Of a DNA stretch of 64,000 bases, positions 19,636-29,294 are shown one piece after another. Numbering within the stretch: position 1 is the stretch's first letter; each line of letters begins with the position of its first letter. Made by a program: the position numbers and the translations under genes. The notes below the pieces were generated by a model. It saw only the letters and a program-made list of their open reading frames with translations, was not told the origin of the DNA and made no database searches. Source of the stretch: Deltaproteobacteria bacterium (GTDB lineage Bacteria; Desulfobacterota_D; UBA1144; Nemesobacterales; CSP1-2); the NCBI GenBank assembly GCA_052390235.1, contig JBQTHB010000006.1, positions 195,579 to 259,578 on the forward strand. Reading direction: 5' to 3'.

Positions 19636-20463
19636 ATGGATATAGGACTCATTGACTACTTTGCCAACTCAGGCGGCAGTTTTCTTCACCGCGCATCGCC
19701 CTCTGCCAAATTAGGATTTACCGCCATCGCCATCGCCTCAATCATCGCGGCTGAGGATTTTATCCCCCTCGCCTGCATATATCTGACTCTCGCCGCCATA
19801 ACGGCGCTGACGCGGCTCCCCTTTATTAAAATCCTCTCCATAGCCGCCTATCCCGCCATATTCGCCCTGCTCTTCGCCCTGACCGCTTGGAGGGGAGATT
19901 GGACGCAAAGCGCCGCTCTCGTTCTCAAAGCCCTCGACGCCGCACTCTTAATGACCATTTTTATAACGACGACGCCCTATCCCGCAGTCTTTGCGCGCAT
20001 AAGCTCGGTTCTGCCGAAAATCGTAGCCGAGGGACTTTTTATGACCTATCGCTCCCTTTTCATACTGCTTGGGCTAATGGATAACCTCCTTCGGGCGCTG
20101 ACCGTAAGGGGAGGTTTCAGCCCCGGGGCGTATCTCAGAAACACGATGAACTTCGCCTCTGGCATAGGGCTTTTGCTCATCAAAGGGTTTGACCTATCTG
20201 AGAAAATGTACGGGGTCATGAAAATACGAGGCTACGAGGGCAGGCTGTCCGGCGGAGGCTTCGGGGAAGGCGAGACATCGGGCTGGGAGGATGCCGCCGT
20301 AATTTCTATCGGATGCCTGTACTTAGGATTTTCCCTCGCTTGGAGGGCAGTGGAGCCGTCGTGGGAGGTTCAATGCGCCGCCCTTGCCGCATCCGCCATA
20401 CTAGTCTCGGGGATTTCAATATATCGCGCTATTTCGAGAGGTTTGCACATTTGGAAGAGATAA
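19636..20463 (+). CDS. cbiQ: ECF transporter transmembrane (T) component CbiQ
   Basis: 275 aa polytopic membrane protein lying directly downstream of cbiM. Confidence 0.8.
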   Translation: MDIGLIDYFANSGGSFLHRASPSAKLGFTAIAIASIIAAEDFIPLACIYLTLAAITALTRLPFIKILSIAAYPAIFALLFALTAWRGDWTQSAALVLKALDAALLMTIFITTTPYPAVFARISSVLPKIVAEGLFMTYRSLFILLGLMDNLLRALTVRGGFSPGAYLRNTMNFASGIGLLLIKGFDLSEKMYGVMKIRGYEGRLSGGGFGEGETSGWEDAAVISIGCLYLGFSLAWRAVEPSWEVQCAALAASAILVSGISIYRAISRGLHIWKR

Positions 20464-21341
20464 TCCGCGTAAGCGGGCTTAGGCACAAATACCCCGATGG
20501 AACGGCCCTTAGCTTCAGGGGAATAGAATTTAGCGTCCAAAGAGGGGAGCGAGTCGCAATTTTGGGACCAAATGGGAGCGGCAAATCCACGCTCCTCTTT
20601 CACCTCGTGGGACTGTTTAAATCCTCCGAGGGTACAATAAACGTCCTCGGGGCGAACCCCGCCAGAGAGTACGCGAAAATTCGGGAGCGCGTCGGGGTCG
20701 TCCTCCAAAACGTCGAAGAGCAAATCATCGCCCCCACAGTTTGGGACGACATCACTTTCTCCCCCAGGAACTACGGCTACAAAAAAGAGCGAATCCGAGA
20801 GCTTGCCGAAGGGGTAATTGCCAGCCTCGACATCGCCCACATTAGAAATAAAGTCCCCCACTACCTAAGCGGCGGAGAGAAAACCAAAGTGGGTCTCGCC
20901 GGAGCGCTAGTGGTAAACCCCGAAATCCTAATTTTGGATGAGCCGTTCGAGGGGCTAGACCCCATCTGCAGAACCGAGCTTATAAACCTGCTAAACCGCA
21001 CGAACCGCGAGAGGGAAACCGCTCTGGTCGTCTCTACGCATAATATTGACACCGTTCCCCTAGTTGCCGACACGGTCTATTTAATGGCTGTAGGGGGGGA
21101 AATCGTCGCCAAAGGCACGCCTAAGGAAATATTCTCAAAGCCCGAGCTACTTGCCGGATGCCACGTGGAGCCACCTGTTTTAGGAGCGCTGTTCTCGGAA
21201 TTAGGCAGGATGGGAATCCATCTGGATACGGCCCTGACGGTGGCCGAGGCGGCGGCGGTAATTGCCAAAGCGCTAAAATTCGGGAATATCCGCGAGGGCG
21301 GCGGAGCAGAGGCGCGGCTTGCTAACCTCGCCAATCCGTAA
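20451..21341 (+). CDS. cbiO: ECF transporter ATPase component CbiO
   Basis: It has the Walker A GPNGSGKST, the ABC signature LSGGEKTKV and the Walker B ILILDEP. The ORF extends upstream to 20313 inside cbiQ. I chose the TTG at 20451, overlapping the cbiQ stop, as the start, though an ATG at 20373 is also possible. Confidence 0.8.
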   Translation: MEEIIRVSGLRHKYPDGTALSFRGIEFSVQRGERVAILGPNGSGKSTLLFHLVGLFKSSEGTINVLGANPAREYAKIRERVGVVLQNVEEQIIAPTVWDDITFSPRNYGYKKERIRELAEGVIASLDIAHIRNKVPHYLSGGEKTKVGLAGALVVNPEILILDEPFEGLDPICRTELINLLNRTNRERETALVVSTHNIDTVPLVADTVYLMAVGGEIVAKGTPKEIFSKPELLAGCHVEPPVLGALFSELGRMGIHLDTALTVAEAAAVIAKALKFGNIREGGGAEARLANLANP

Positions 21342-21374
21342 TAAAATAGTCTAACCCCGATGGTTTGAGAGGAT

Positions 21375-22670
21375 TTGCCCATGCCAGAGATGAGAATCAT
21401 AAGAAACTACGTTGACCGAAAGAACTCCGAGACTATCGGCTCTTACATGGATTCCGGGGGGTATGCGGCGCTCCCAATTGCGCTCAAAATGGATCCGATG
21501 CAGATTATCGAAGAGATTAAGAAATCCGGGCTTCGAGGGCGCGGCGGAGCGGGCTTTCCCACGGGAATAAAATGGAGCTTCATCCAGAGGGACTCGAAAA
21601 AGCCGATTTACCTGTGCGTAAATGCCGATGAGAGCGAGCCGGGGAGTTTTAAGGACAGAGAAATTCTGGAGCGAGACCCGCATCAGATGATAGAGGGCAT
21701 CATCATCGCCTGCTACGCTATAAACTCCCATAAATCCTACATTTACATACGCGGCGAGATGCCCAATGGAGCAAAAATAATAGAGCAGGCAATCCGCGAG
21801 GCTTACGAGAGAAAATTCCTCGGTGAAAACATCCTAGGCTCAGGGTTCGACCTCGACATAGTTCTATTCCGAGGCGCGGGGGCGTATATCTGCGGCGAAG
21901 AGACGGGACTGCTCGAGTCCATCGAGGGCAAAAACGGCGAGCCGAGACCGAAACCCCCGTTTCCGGCGCAGGTCGGGCTTTTCGGATGCCCCACGATAGT
22001 CAACAACGTCGAGACCCTAGCCTGCGTCCCGCACATTATAAACCGCGGGGCGGAGTGGTTCGCTGGAATTGGAATCCCGAAGAACACGGGGACGAAAATC
22101 TACGGACTCAGCGGGTGCGTCAACCGACCGGGTCTATACGAGCTTCCCCTCGGAATTACCCTAAGGGTGCTCATTGACGAATACGGAGATGGGATGCTCA
22201 AGGGCAAAGCCCCGAAGGCGTTTTCTCCCGGAGGCTCTTCTTCGGCTATTTTGACGGCTGAGGAGATGGATGTGACGCTTGATTTCGACACCCTAGCAAA
22301 GGCAGGCTCGATGCTCGGCACGGCTGGGGTAACGGTGATGGACGAGGACACTTGCATGGTCAGAGTGGCGCAGAATCTCGCGCATTTCTACAGGGACGAG
22401 TCCTGCGGGCAGTGCGTTCAGTGCCGCGAGGGGACTTGGTGGCTTGAGAAAATGCTCACGAGAATCGAAGAGGGCAGAGGACAGCCCCACTACATTGATA
22501 CGATTCTCGACGCCTGTTTCCAGATGCGCGGGACGACTATCTGCGCCCTAGCCGACGGATGCGCTATGCCAGTGGAGTCAATTGTGAAGAAATTCCGCCC
22601 CGAGTTTGAAGAACACATCAGGCTCGGCAGATGCCCTTTCCCGAATAAATACATGGGAAGCTGGGATTAA
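21375..22670 (+). CDS. nuoF: NADH-quinone oxidoreductase subunit F-like flavoprotein (NuoF/HoxF family, 51 kDa)
   Basis: 431 aa with the NADH/FMN motifs [16 protein letters not shown] and [19 protein letters not shown], and the 4Fe-4S motif [15 protein letters not shown]. Confidence 0.85.
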   Translation: MPMPEMRIIRNYVDRKNSETIGSYMDSGGYAALPIALKMDPMQIIEEIKKSGLRGRGGAGFPTGIKWSFIQRDSKKPIYLCVNADESEPGSFKDREILERDPHQMIEGIIIACYAINSHKSYIYIRGEMPNGAKIIEQAIREAYERKFLGENILGSGFDLDIVLFRGAGAYICGEETGLLESIEGKNGEPRPKPPFPAQVGLFGCPTIVNNVETLACVPHIINRGAEWFAGIGIPKNTGTKIYGLSGCVNRPGLYELPLGITLRVLIDEYGDGMLKGKAPKAFSPGGSSSAILTAEEMDVTLDFDTLAKAGSMLGTAGVTVMDEDTCMVRVAQNLAHFYRDESCGQCVQCREGTWWLEKMLTRIEEGRGQPHYIDTILDACFQMRGTTICALADGCAMPVESIVKKFRPEFEEHIRLGRCPFPNKYMGSWD

Positions 22671-22698
22671 AAAATCTCCAAAACGGAGGAATTAGGCA

Positions 22699-23121
22699 AT
22701 GGCATCATCGTGGAGAGAAACATCTACTACGCTTGGATTGCTTTGGCTTCGTGGGCTGACAGGTCTGTTCATGGCTATATTTCATGGCTATGGAAAGATT
22801 TTCGGCGGGCGTATGGATAAATTCACCGCAGGAGTCGCCGAGCTTGGCTTCCCAATGCCGGAGGTTTTTGCGTGGGCGGCGGCTCTGTCGGAATTCCTAG
22901 GGGGAATTTTAATTGCCCTCGGCTTGGGCGCTCGCATCTCGGCTCTGCTTCTGTTTGCCACTATGGCGACGGCGGCTTTCCTACAGCACGGCGCTGACCC
23001 GATAGATGTAAAAGAAAAAGCGCTCCTGTTTTTGGCTATGTCCGGGGCGATTGCGCTCCTAGGACCTGGGAAACTCTCGCTAGATTACGCGATATGCAGG
23101 TATTGGCGCAAAAAACCATGA
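22699..23121 (+). CDS. DoxX-family membrane protein
   Basis: 140 aa with four predicted TM helices and a DoxX-like composition. Confidence 0.7.
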   Translation: MASSWRETSTTLGLLWLRGLTGLFMAIFHGYGKIFGGRMDKFTAGVAELGFPMPEVFAWAAALSEFLGGILIALGLGARISALLLFATMATAAFLQHGADPIDVKEKALLFLAMSGAIALLGPGKLSLDYAICRYWRKKP

Positions 23122-23219
23122 CGCGCAACGAGAGAGAAATTTCCCCTCGCGCGGGATTTTATGCTTGCGGCGGGTTTTGAAATATGTAATTTTAATACAC
23201 ACTCACTAGGGAGTTATAC

Positions 23220-23693
23220 ATGGCGTTCTCGGAAGAGTTGAAGCAGAGAATTGACGACATCATATCGAAATCGGAGACGAATCAGTCGGCCCTCATTCCG
23301 ACCCTGCACGAGGTTCAGCGGCATTTGGGATGGATCTCGGACGACTCTATGAGAGAGGTATCGGAGATTCTCAATATCTCTGCGGCAGGGGTGCAGAACG
23401 TGGCGACGTTTTACACGATGTTTTTTAGAAAGCCCGTTGGGAAGCACGTAATTTGGCTCTGCCGGACGCTGTCGTGCGCCCTTAGAGGGGCTGAACTCGT
23501 GGAGCATCACCTCTGCCATAAGCTCGGAGTCCGCATGGGCGACACCACGCCGGATGGAAAAATCACGCTCCTTGAAGCCGAGTGCCTCGCCTCCTGCGGG
23601 ACTGCTCCGGCTATGCTCGTTGACGACACTCTGCTCGAGAACATCACCAGAGCGCAGGTTGACGAACTCATTGAAACACTGAGAAATGACTAA
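23220..23693 (+). CDS. nuoE: NADH-quinone oxidoreductase subunit E-like (24 kDa, 2Fe-2S thioredoxin-like)
   Basis: 157 aa with the cysteine pattern CRTLSC...C...LEAECLASCGTAPAM typical of NuoE/HoxE. Confidence 0.85.
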   Translation: MAFSEELKQRIDDIISKSETNQSALIPTLHEVQRHLGWISDDSMREVSEILNISAAGVQNVATFYTMFFRKPVGKHVIWLCRTLSCALRGAELVEHHLCHKLGVRMGDTTPDGKITLLEAECLASCGTAPAMLVDDTLLENITRAQVDELIETLRND

Positions 23694-25041
23694 TTTCAGC
23701 CGCGCCGAGAATGGGATGAACTTCACCGTAGCCAAAAGCCATGCCCGAGACATATTCAGAGAAGCCCTCGAAGCCGTTGACCCGAAGCGGTGCGTTCACG
23801 AACATATCGCGCTGGAAGGCAACATCCTCACAGTCGAGAGCAAGCAATACGACCTGGTCAATTACCGCTCTGTCTCGGTTATCTCATTCGGGAAAGCCGC
23901 CTCCGCCATGAGCAAAGCCCTCGAAGAAATCTTGGCGGATAAAATCACGGACGGCATCGTCATATCAAATGCAAAACCCCCTTATTCGTTCTCGAAGATG
24001 AGGTTCTACCAATCAAGCCACCCGATACCCGACGAGCGCAGTCTCGGAGCGGCGCGGGAGGTGCTTAAAATCCTAGACGGCACGGATGAGCGCGACCTCG
24101 TGATATTTCTCATCTCCGGCGGCGGAAGCTCGCTCATCGCAATGCCCGCTCAGGGAATCTCGCTCGAAGACAAGCGAAAAACAACCGAGATGCTCCTAGT
24201 TTCAGGGGTTGACACCTACGGGCTTAACGCCGTGAGAAAGCACATCTCGCAAATCAAAGGCGGAGGATTGCTTAAAAAAGCCCTGCCATCGCAGATAATC
24301 ACCCTCGTGCTTTCAGACGTCGTCGGCGATAAACTGGACGTTATAGCCTCAAGCCCCACCTTTCCCGACTCGACCACCTTTGAAGAGGCATGGAAGGTTA
24401 TCGAAGCCCTGAGACTCGAACACAGACTCCCCCCTCAAGTGGTCATCCGCCTCGAAGAGGGCAGGAAAGGGGAAATCCCCGAAACACTCAAAGATGGGGA
24501 ATTCGACCCCGAAAAGGTTCAAACCGTCTTCGTCGGAAACAACTTCAAAGCCCTAGTAGCGGCGCAGTCCAAGGCGGAGAGCCTCGGCTACAACACGCTT
24601 ATGCTCTCTTCTCAGACCAAGGGAGAGGCGAGGGAAGTAGCCAAGGTCATAGCGTCGGTCGCGTTCGAGATAGAGCGGCTCGGCATTCCGGTGCAAAAGC
24701 CCGCCTGCGTTATTTTCGGCGGAGAGACGACCGTAACCGTTACGGGAAGCGGCAGGGGAGGCAGAAACACCGAAACCGCGCTTTCGTTCGCCATGGAGAT
24801 AATGGGACACAACGCAGTGGGGCTGTTCTGCGGCACGGACGGCGTTGATGGACCCACGGACGCCGCCGGAGCTATATGCGACGGAGAGACGCGGCAGAAG
24901 GCGAGGGAATTAGGTATTAGCGCAAGGGAACACCTAGCCCGAAACGACTCCTACACCTTTTTCGAGAGAACCGGAGGTCTCATCAAAACGGGCCCAACGG
25001 GAACGAACGTCATGGATATAGGAGTGGTAATTGTCGAGTGA
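23686..25041 (+). CDS. Glycerate kinase (glycerate 2-kinase, DUF4147/MOFRL family)
   Basis: 451 aa with a LISGGGSSL motif, an HISQIKGGGL motif and a C-terminal MOFRL region. It overlaps the nuoE stop by 8 nt. Confidence 0.8.
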   Translation: MTNFSRAENGMNFTVAKSHARDIFREALEAVDPKRCVHEHIALEGNILTVESKQYDLVNYRSVSVISFGKAASAMSKALEEILADKITDGIVISNAKPPYSFSKMRFYQSSHPIPDERSLGAAREVLKILDGTDERDLVIFLISGGGSSLIAMPAQGISLEDKRKTTEMLLVSGVDTYGLNAVRKHISQIKGGGLLKKALPSQIITLVLSDVVGDKLDVIASSPTFPDSTTFEEAWKVIEALRLEHRLPPQVVIRLEEGRKGEIPETLKDGEFDPEKVQTVFVGNNFKALVAAQSKAESLGYNTLMLSSQTKGEAREVAKVIASVAFEIERLGIPVQKPACVIFGGETTVTVTGSGRGGRNTETALSFAMEIMGHNAVGLFCGTDGVDGPTDAAGAICDGETRQKARELGISAREHLARNDSYTFFERTGGLIKTGPTGTNVMDIGVVIVE

Positions 25042-25175
25042 GGCGGCTCAAATGACACATCCTGCATCGAGCCTAGTGAACACCCGGCATTAGGGCAATG
25101 TAAAAGCCGCAGGGGATAGGATAATCCCTCCATTTTACACCCGCCTATTCTCGGCTTATAATTCCCACCTAAGCC

Positions 25176-25898
25176 ATGAAATACGCCATCATCTCCGATA
25201 TTCACGGCAACCTGCAAGCCCTCGAAGCAGTTCTTGGGAGGATTGACTCCCTAGGCGCGGACAGCATTATCTGCCTCGGCGATATTGTCGGCTACGGGGC
25301 AAGCCCCAACGAGTGCGCGCAAATTATCGCAGGCAGGGGCATCGAGAGCATTCTCGGCAACCACGACGCCGTAGCCTGCGGCAGACAAGAGGCGGACAAT
25401 TTCACCCCAATGGCAAAACGCGCCGTCCTTTGGACGCGGGACACCCTTACGCCAGAAACCCGAGATTTTCTGCTAACCCTCCCCGAAAGCCGACACTACG
25501 GGGAATTCATGGCGGTTCACGGGGCGATTTCAGACCCGAATCTCTATATAATGACTATCTATGAGGCGATTTGGGAATTCACCCTCATGGACGGCACAAA
25601 CCTGTGTTTCTTCGGGCATACGCACATGAGAATTACATTTAGCCGCCGCGCAAGCGTAGTAAAACCCGTTAGGGATATGACCATCGAGCTTCAGCCGGGG
25701 CTGAGCTATCTCGTCAATCCGGGGAGCGTTGGACAGCCGAGGGACGGCAATCCCAACGCCTCTTTTCTCATTTACGACAGCGCTGCGGGGAGAATAGAAT
25801 ACTTTAGGGTTGAATATGACATTAAAACGGCTCAGAGAAAAATCATTGACGCCGCGCTCGACACGAGGCTTGCCGAAAGGCTCGCGCTGGGAGTATAA
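25176..25898 (+). CDS. Metallophosphoesterase (YfcE/MJ0936-like calcineurin-fold phosphodiesterase)
   Basis: 240 aa with the motifs ISDIHGN, GDIVGYG and GNHD. Confidence 0.8.
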   Translation: MKYAIISDIHGNLQALEAVLGRIDSLGADSIICLGDIVGYGASPNECAQIIAGRGIESILGNHDAVACGRQEADNFTPMAKRAVLWTRDTLTPETRDFLLTLPESRHYGEFMAVHGAISDPNLYIMTIYEAIWEFTLMDGTNLCFFGHTHMRITFSRRASVVKPVRDMTIELQPGLSYLVNPGSVGQPRDGNPNASFLIYDSAAGRIEYFRVEYDIKTAQRKIIDAALDTRLAERLALGV

Positions 25899-26014
25899 CG
25901 ACAGCTCGAGGCGCAAATTAAGACCGCCGTCCAGAAATGAAGAGAGCTTCGAGTTTCACGCCAGAAACTAATCACTAGCCACTAGAAACTTTCTCGATAC
26001 TGTCTCGGCGGCGG

Positions 26015-27490
26015 CTACAGGCTCTCGACAAAATCGGCGACGTTCTCAAGCCTAATCCCCTCGACGGCGATTTCCGGCGCAACGACGACCTCCTTGGAGT
26101 CCCAAATCCGGGTCGCCCGCTTCTCCCTCGAGATGGCGGTAATATTGCGGAGCAGACTCATGAAGTTATCGCTGATTCTGACCGTGTTAGGTTTTAGAGG
26201 CTCGGCGAGCGTTCCGTTCCGAATGATGTACGAATCCCCCACGACGGTGCCTGTAAAGTAAGCCCTCGCAAGCCCATAGACCGGATAGAGATACCAGAGC
26301 CGCCCGATGTATATCCCGTTTTCAACCCCCGCAATTATAGCCTCAGAGGGAATCTCTTGAGTTCCTTCAATGATAAAATTTGTGGCGAAGATGGAATTTG
26401 TGCGGCGGAAATCCCGTCCTGCATCGCCGAATCTAAAACCGTTTCGCGGGGGGAATTTGACGACTTTGGAATTTAGCTTTTCGGCGTAGTAGTGATTTGC
26501 CAAGAACCCGACGAGCCTGCCCTGTAGGATTAAATCCGTCCTTCCGGCGGGGAGTCCCTCGCAGGTAGCCCTCCTGCTTCCGGGCTGAAATTGAGCCGCC
26601 CCGTCATCATAGACGTTGAGAATAGGGGAGGCGACCTGCGCGCCCAATTTCCCCGCAAAAGGGGAGTTGCCAGAATCTATCGAGGCAAGCGATAGGGCAG
26701 ATGCAATCATCTCGGATACGAGCATCGAGACGGCGTTGCTCCCGAAAACGACTCTATACTCGCCTGATTGGATTCTCCTGCCGTGGACGGTTGCCGCCGC
26801 GCCCCTCGCCGCCTCGCGCCCTGCCTCTTCGGGGTGGAATCGGGCAATATGCGTCGCGCTGGCAGAGCCTGTGCCTTTGGCGTCCGCCTCTTCAATCATC
26901 GCAGTTATCGAGGCAAAAAGGCAGGAATTCTCATCCGACGCTTGAACCCCCTGGGTGTTTGCGACCGCCATCCGCTCTTTCAATATAGTTATGTCGCCGC
27001 CGACTATTAGGCTCTTTAAGAAACCGCGCCCTTTGAATTCGGCAAGCGCCCCCGAAAGCGTATCCCATCCGAGAGCTACAGCCCTCTCATCGTCCAAGTC
27101 CATCACCAATGGGTCTGCGAACGACTCAGCGCTCGCTTTTTCATCGGGCGGCGATGGGAGGGACTTAAAATTGGGGTCTGCCACGGCGTTGCCCCTTGCT
27201 TTTTCGAGCGCAGTCCTGACGCCTTCGAGCGAGAGGTCGGCGGTTTCGCTTCCGTGTCCGGTTTTAATCCCCTCGGGGGAGTGAAATGCGGCAAACACCG
27301 ACACGCCGTATCCGGCGATATTTTTCGGCTCGTGAACCCCGTTGCAGAGGATGTCCGATGTGTAATTTATACGCACGGTTACGTTGTCATTCCACGAGGC
27401 ATAGACCTCTGCTTCTCTCACATCGGCTTGGGATTTCACATATTCAATCCCCTCGCTCACGCAGCGTCTCAAATCGTCAGTAGCAATCAT
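26015..27490 (-). CDS. TldD/PmbA-family metallopeptidase (PmbA/TldE-like partner, no HExxxH)
   Basis: 491 aa with the peptidase U62 family architecture. It lies downstream of, and on the same strand as, the second TldD-family gene. Confidence 0.75.
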   Translation of the reverse strand: MIATDDLRRCVSEGIEYVKSQADVREAEVYASWNDNVTVRINYTSDILCNGVHEPKNIAGYGVSVFAAFHSPEGIKTGHGSETADLSLEGVRTALEKARGNAVADPNFKSLPSPPDEKASAESFADPLVMDLDDERAVALGWDTLSGALAEFKGRGFLKSLIVGGDITILKERMAVANTQGVQASDENSCLFASITAMIEEADAKGTGSASATHIARFHPEEAGREAARGAAATVHGRRIQSGEYRVVFGSNAVSMLVSEMIASALSLASIDSGNSPFAGKLGAQVASPILNVYDDGAAQFQPGSRRATCEGLPAGRTDLILQGRLVGFLANHYYAEKLNSKVVKFPPRNGFRFGDAGRDFRRTNSIFATNFIIEGTQEIPSEAIIAGVENGIYIGRLWYLYPVYGLARAYFTGTVVGDSYIIRNGTLAEPLKPNTVRISDNFMSLLRNITAISREKRATRIWDSKEVVVAPEIAVEGIRLENVADFVESL

Positions 27491-27630
27491 TCACTCTCTC
27501 CACAAGTTCTGCGACTCAGAAAAGCAGTTTTTAGTAGCTGGTTTCTAGTTATAAGCATCCGGCGCTCTGCTCCTATTGGCGTTCATAATACCCAATTTGT
27601 GGCTAAAGCCGTCCTGCATCATGAGCAGCG

Positions 27631-29175
27631 CTACCTTGCCCCGGTAAGCCTCGCCCTGCTTCTCATCGTGGGAGCGCCGTTTCCGACTCTAAGCGCCTGC
27701 ATCGGGACTCCCTTACCACAGTTGGGCATCGGCAGGAGGCGAAAATCGCTCCCGACGGCGTCAACGTTGAGCAGATAATCCCTTGAATCCGACATCATTC
27801 CGCCGCTCCTGTAGAGGGTCTGAAGCTCGCCGTTTTTAATCCTATACACGCGCCTCGCCGAGATGCTGAAATTCTCCCTTGACTCGCCGATGGACGGGGT
27901 GTGATGCCCGGCGAGATAGTACCCGTCGTCAACCTCGCGGATGATGTCCTCGGCATTTGTCTCGCCGGGAGCAAATACCGTGTTCGTCATCCTCACCAGC
28001 GGGACAAAGTAGGTATGCGTCGTCTGCATCGCCCCGTTCGGCTCTTCTCCGAGTATTGCGGCGGACTCTCGGCTGTTGAGAAAACCCCGGAATACCCCGC
28101 GCTCGATGTGGGTAACCCGCCTGCCTTTGACCCCCTCGGCGTCGTATTTATAGAATCCGTAGCCGGGAAGCGAGGTGTCGGAATACGCCGAAACTAGGTC
28201 TGAGGCGACTTTGCGTCCGATTTGGTTTTTGCTAAAACTCCTAAAGAGCCAGCTCCGTCCGGCGTAGGCGGTCTCGGTTTTAAGGGCGCGGTCTGCCTCG
28301 CAGGGATGCCCTATGATTTCATGCGCCAGAAGGGAGTTATAGTGCGGGTCTGAGACGACGACGACCTCTCTATCAGTAGCCGGGAGCATTTGGGCTTTGG
28401 ACAGCTCCAGTGTCTCGCGTCCGAGGTCTAGGGCGAAATCCCGAAATGTCTTTGCGAGGTGATTCTCTCCGTAAAGCCCCTCAATGCCGCATCTGCCGCC
28501 GATGTGGTCATAGTTTGCCTCATCCCCCACCACTACATAGACAAACCCCTCGGTCAGGGGATAGGTCTGGTCTATAAGCGCCCCTTCGGAGGAGACGAAA
28601 AGCTCCCTCGATAGGGCCGTATAAATTGACACCATATTAAACCCGCCCGCCCCGCAGAGTTTCTCTAGGGATTCGGAGACGGATGCGGCTTCATGCGTAA
28701 TCACCCCAAGCGGGGAGTCCGATGGGCTTTGCTTGCAAGGGAAAACGACGGTGTCTCTGTGGATTTCAACGGGCATCAGCGATGTTGAATAGAGCGACGA
28801 GCCAAGCTCTCTCAGCGCGGATTTGGCGCGCGCCTTCATAGAGGCATTGGCAGAGGCGCGCTTCCATGCCTGCTCGATGGCGGATTTTACGACCCCGTCG
28901 AGAGTTGCCACATCCGACGCGCCAAGGTAAGCGGCGAAGTACCCTGGGGCTTTCATTTCGCCGTCTCCGGCAATGACCCTTACGGACAGAGACATCAGGG
29001 TTTCTTCCCTGCTCTCTTTGGACGCGCCGCTCTGAGCAAGGGCGTATTTGGAGTCGCTTACGCCGAGCCTTAGGTCAAGGTAGGAGCATCCGGGGAGGCG
29101 TTTTTGGGAATCCGCGGCAATGGAGAACATCCTATCTTTTTCGGCTTCAATAATTTCAGTCGAGATTTTCCTCAA
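27631..29175 (-). CDS. tldD: TldD-family zinc metallopeptidase
   Basis: 514 aa containing HEIIGHPCEAD (an HExxxH zinc-binding motif) and a C-terminal GxC...G cluster. Confidence 0.8.
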   Translation of the reverse strand: MRKISTEIIEAEKDRMFSIAADSQKRLPGCSYLDLRLGVSDSKYALAQSGASKESREETLMSLSVRVIAGDGEMKAPGYFAAYLGASDVATLDGVVKSAIEQAWKRASANASMKARAKSALRELGSSLYSTSLMPVEIHRDTVVFPCKQSPSDSPLGVITHEAASVSESLEKLCGAGGFNMVSIYTALSRELFVSSEGALIDQTYPLTEGFVYVVVGDEANYDHIGGRCGIEGLYGENHLAKTFRDFALDLGRETLELSKAQMLPATDREVVVVSDPHYNSLLAHEIIGHPCEADRALKTETAYAGRSWLFRSFSKNQIGRKVASDLVSAYSDTSLPGYGFYKYDAEGVKGRRVTHIERGVFRGFLNSRESAAILGEEPNGAMQTTHTYFVPLVRMTNTVFAPGETNAEDIIREVDDGYYLAGHHTPSIGESRENFSISARRVYRIKNGELQTLYRSGGMMSDSRDYLLNVDAVGSDFRLLPMPNCGKGVPMQALRVGNGAPTMRSRARLTGAR

Positions 29176-29294
29176 CGAAAAAACCTCCGAATTTAGGGGT
29201 ATAAAATGGACTCGGCACAGCGCCGCCGGCAGGAGCCGCGCCTCGATGAAACATCACATCGGGCTATGGATTCCAGCGCGCCCCTAGAAACACA

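Noticed and set aside
20313-20450. An upstream extension of the cbiO ORF into cbiQ
   Set aside because: The extension lacks ABC N-terminal features. A TTG at 20451 overlapping the cbiQ stop gives the expected coupled start.
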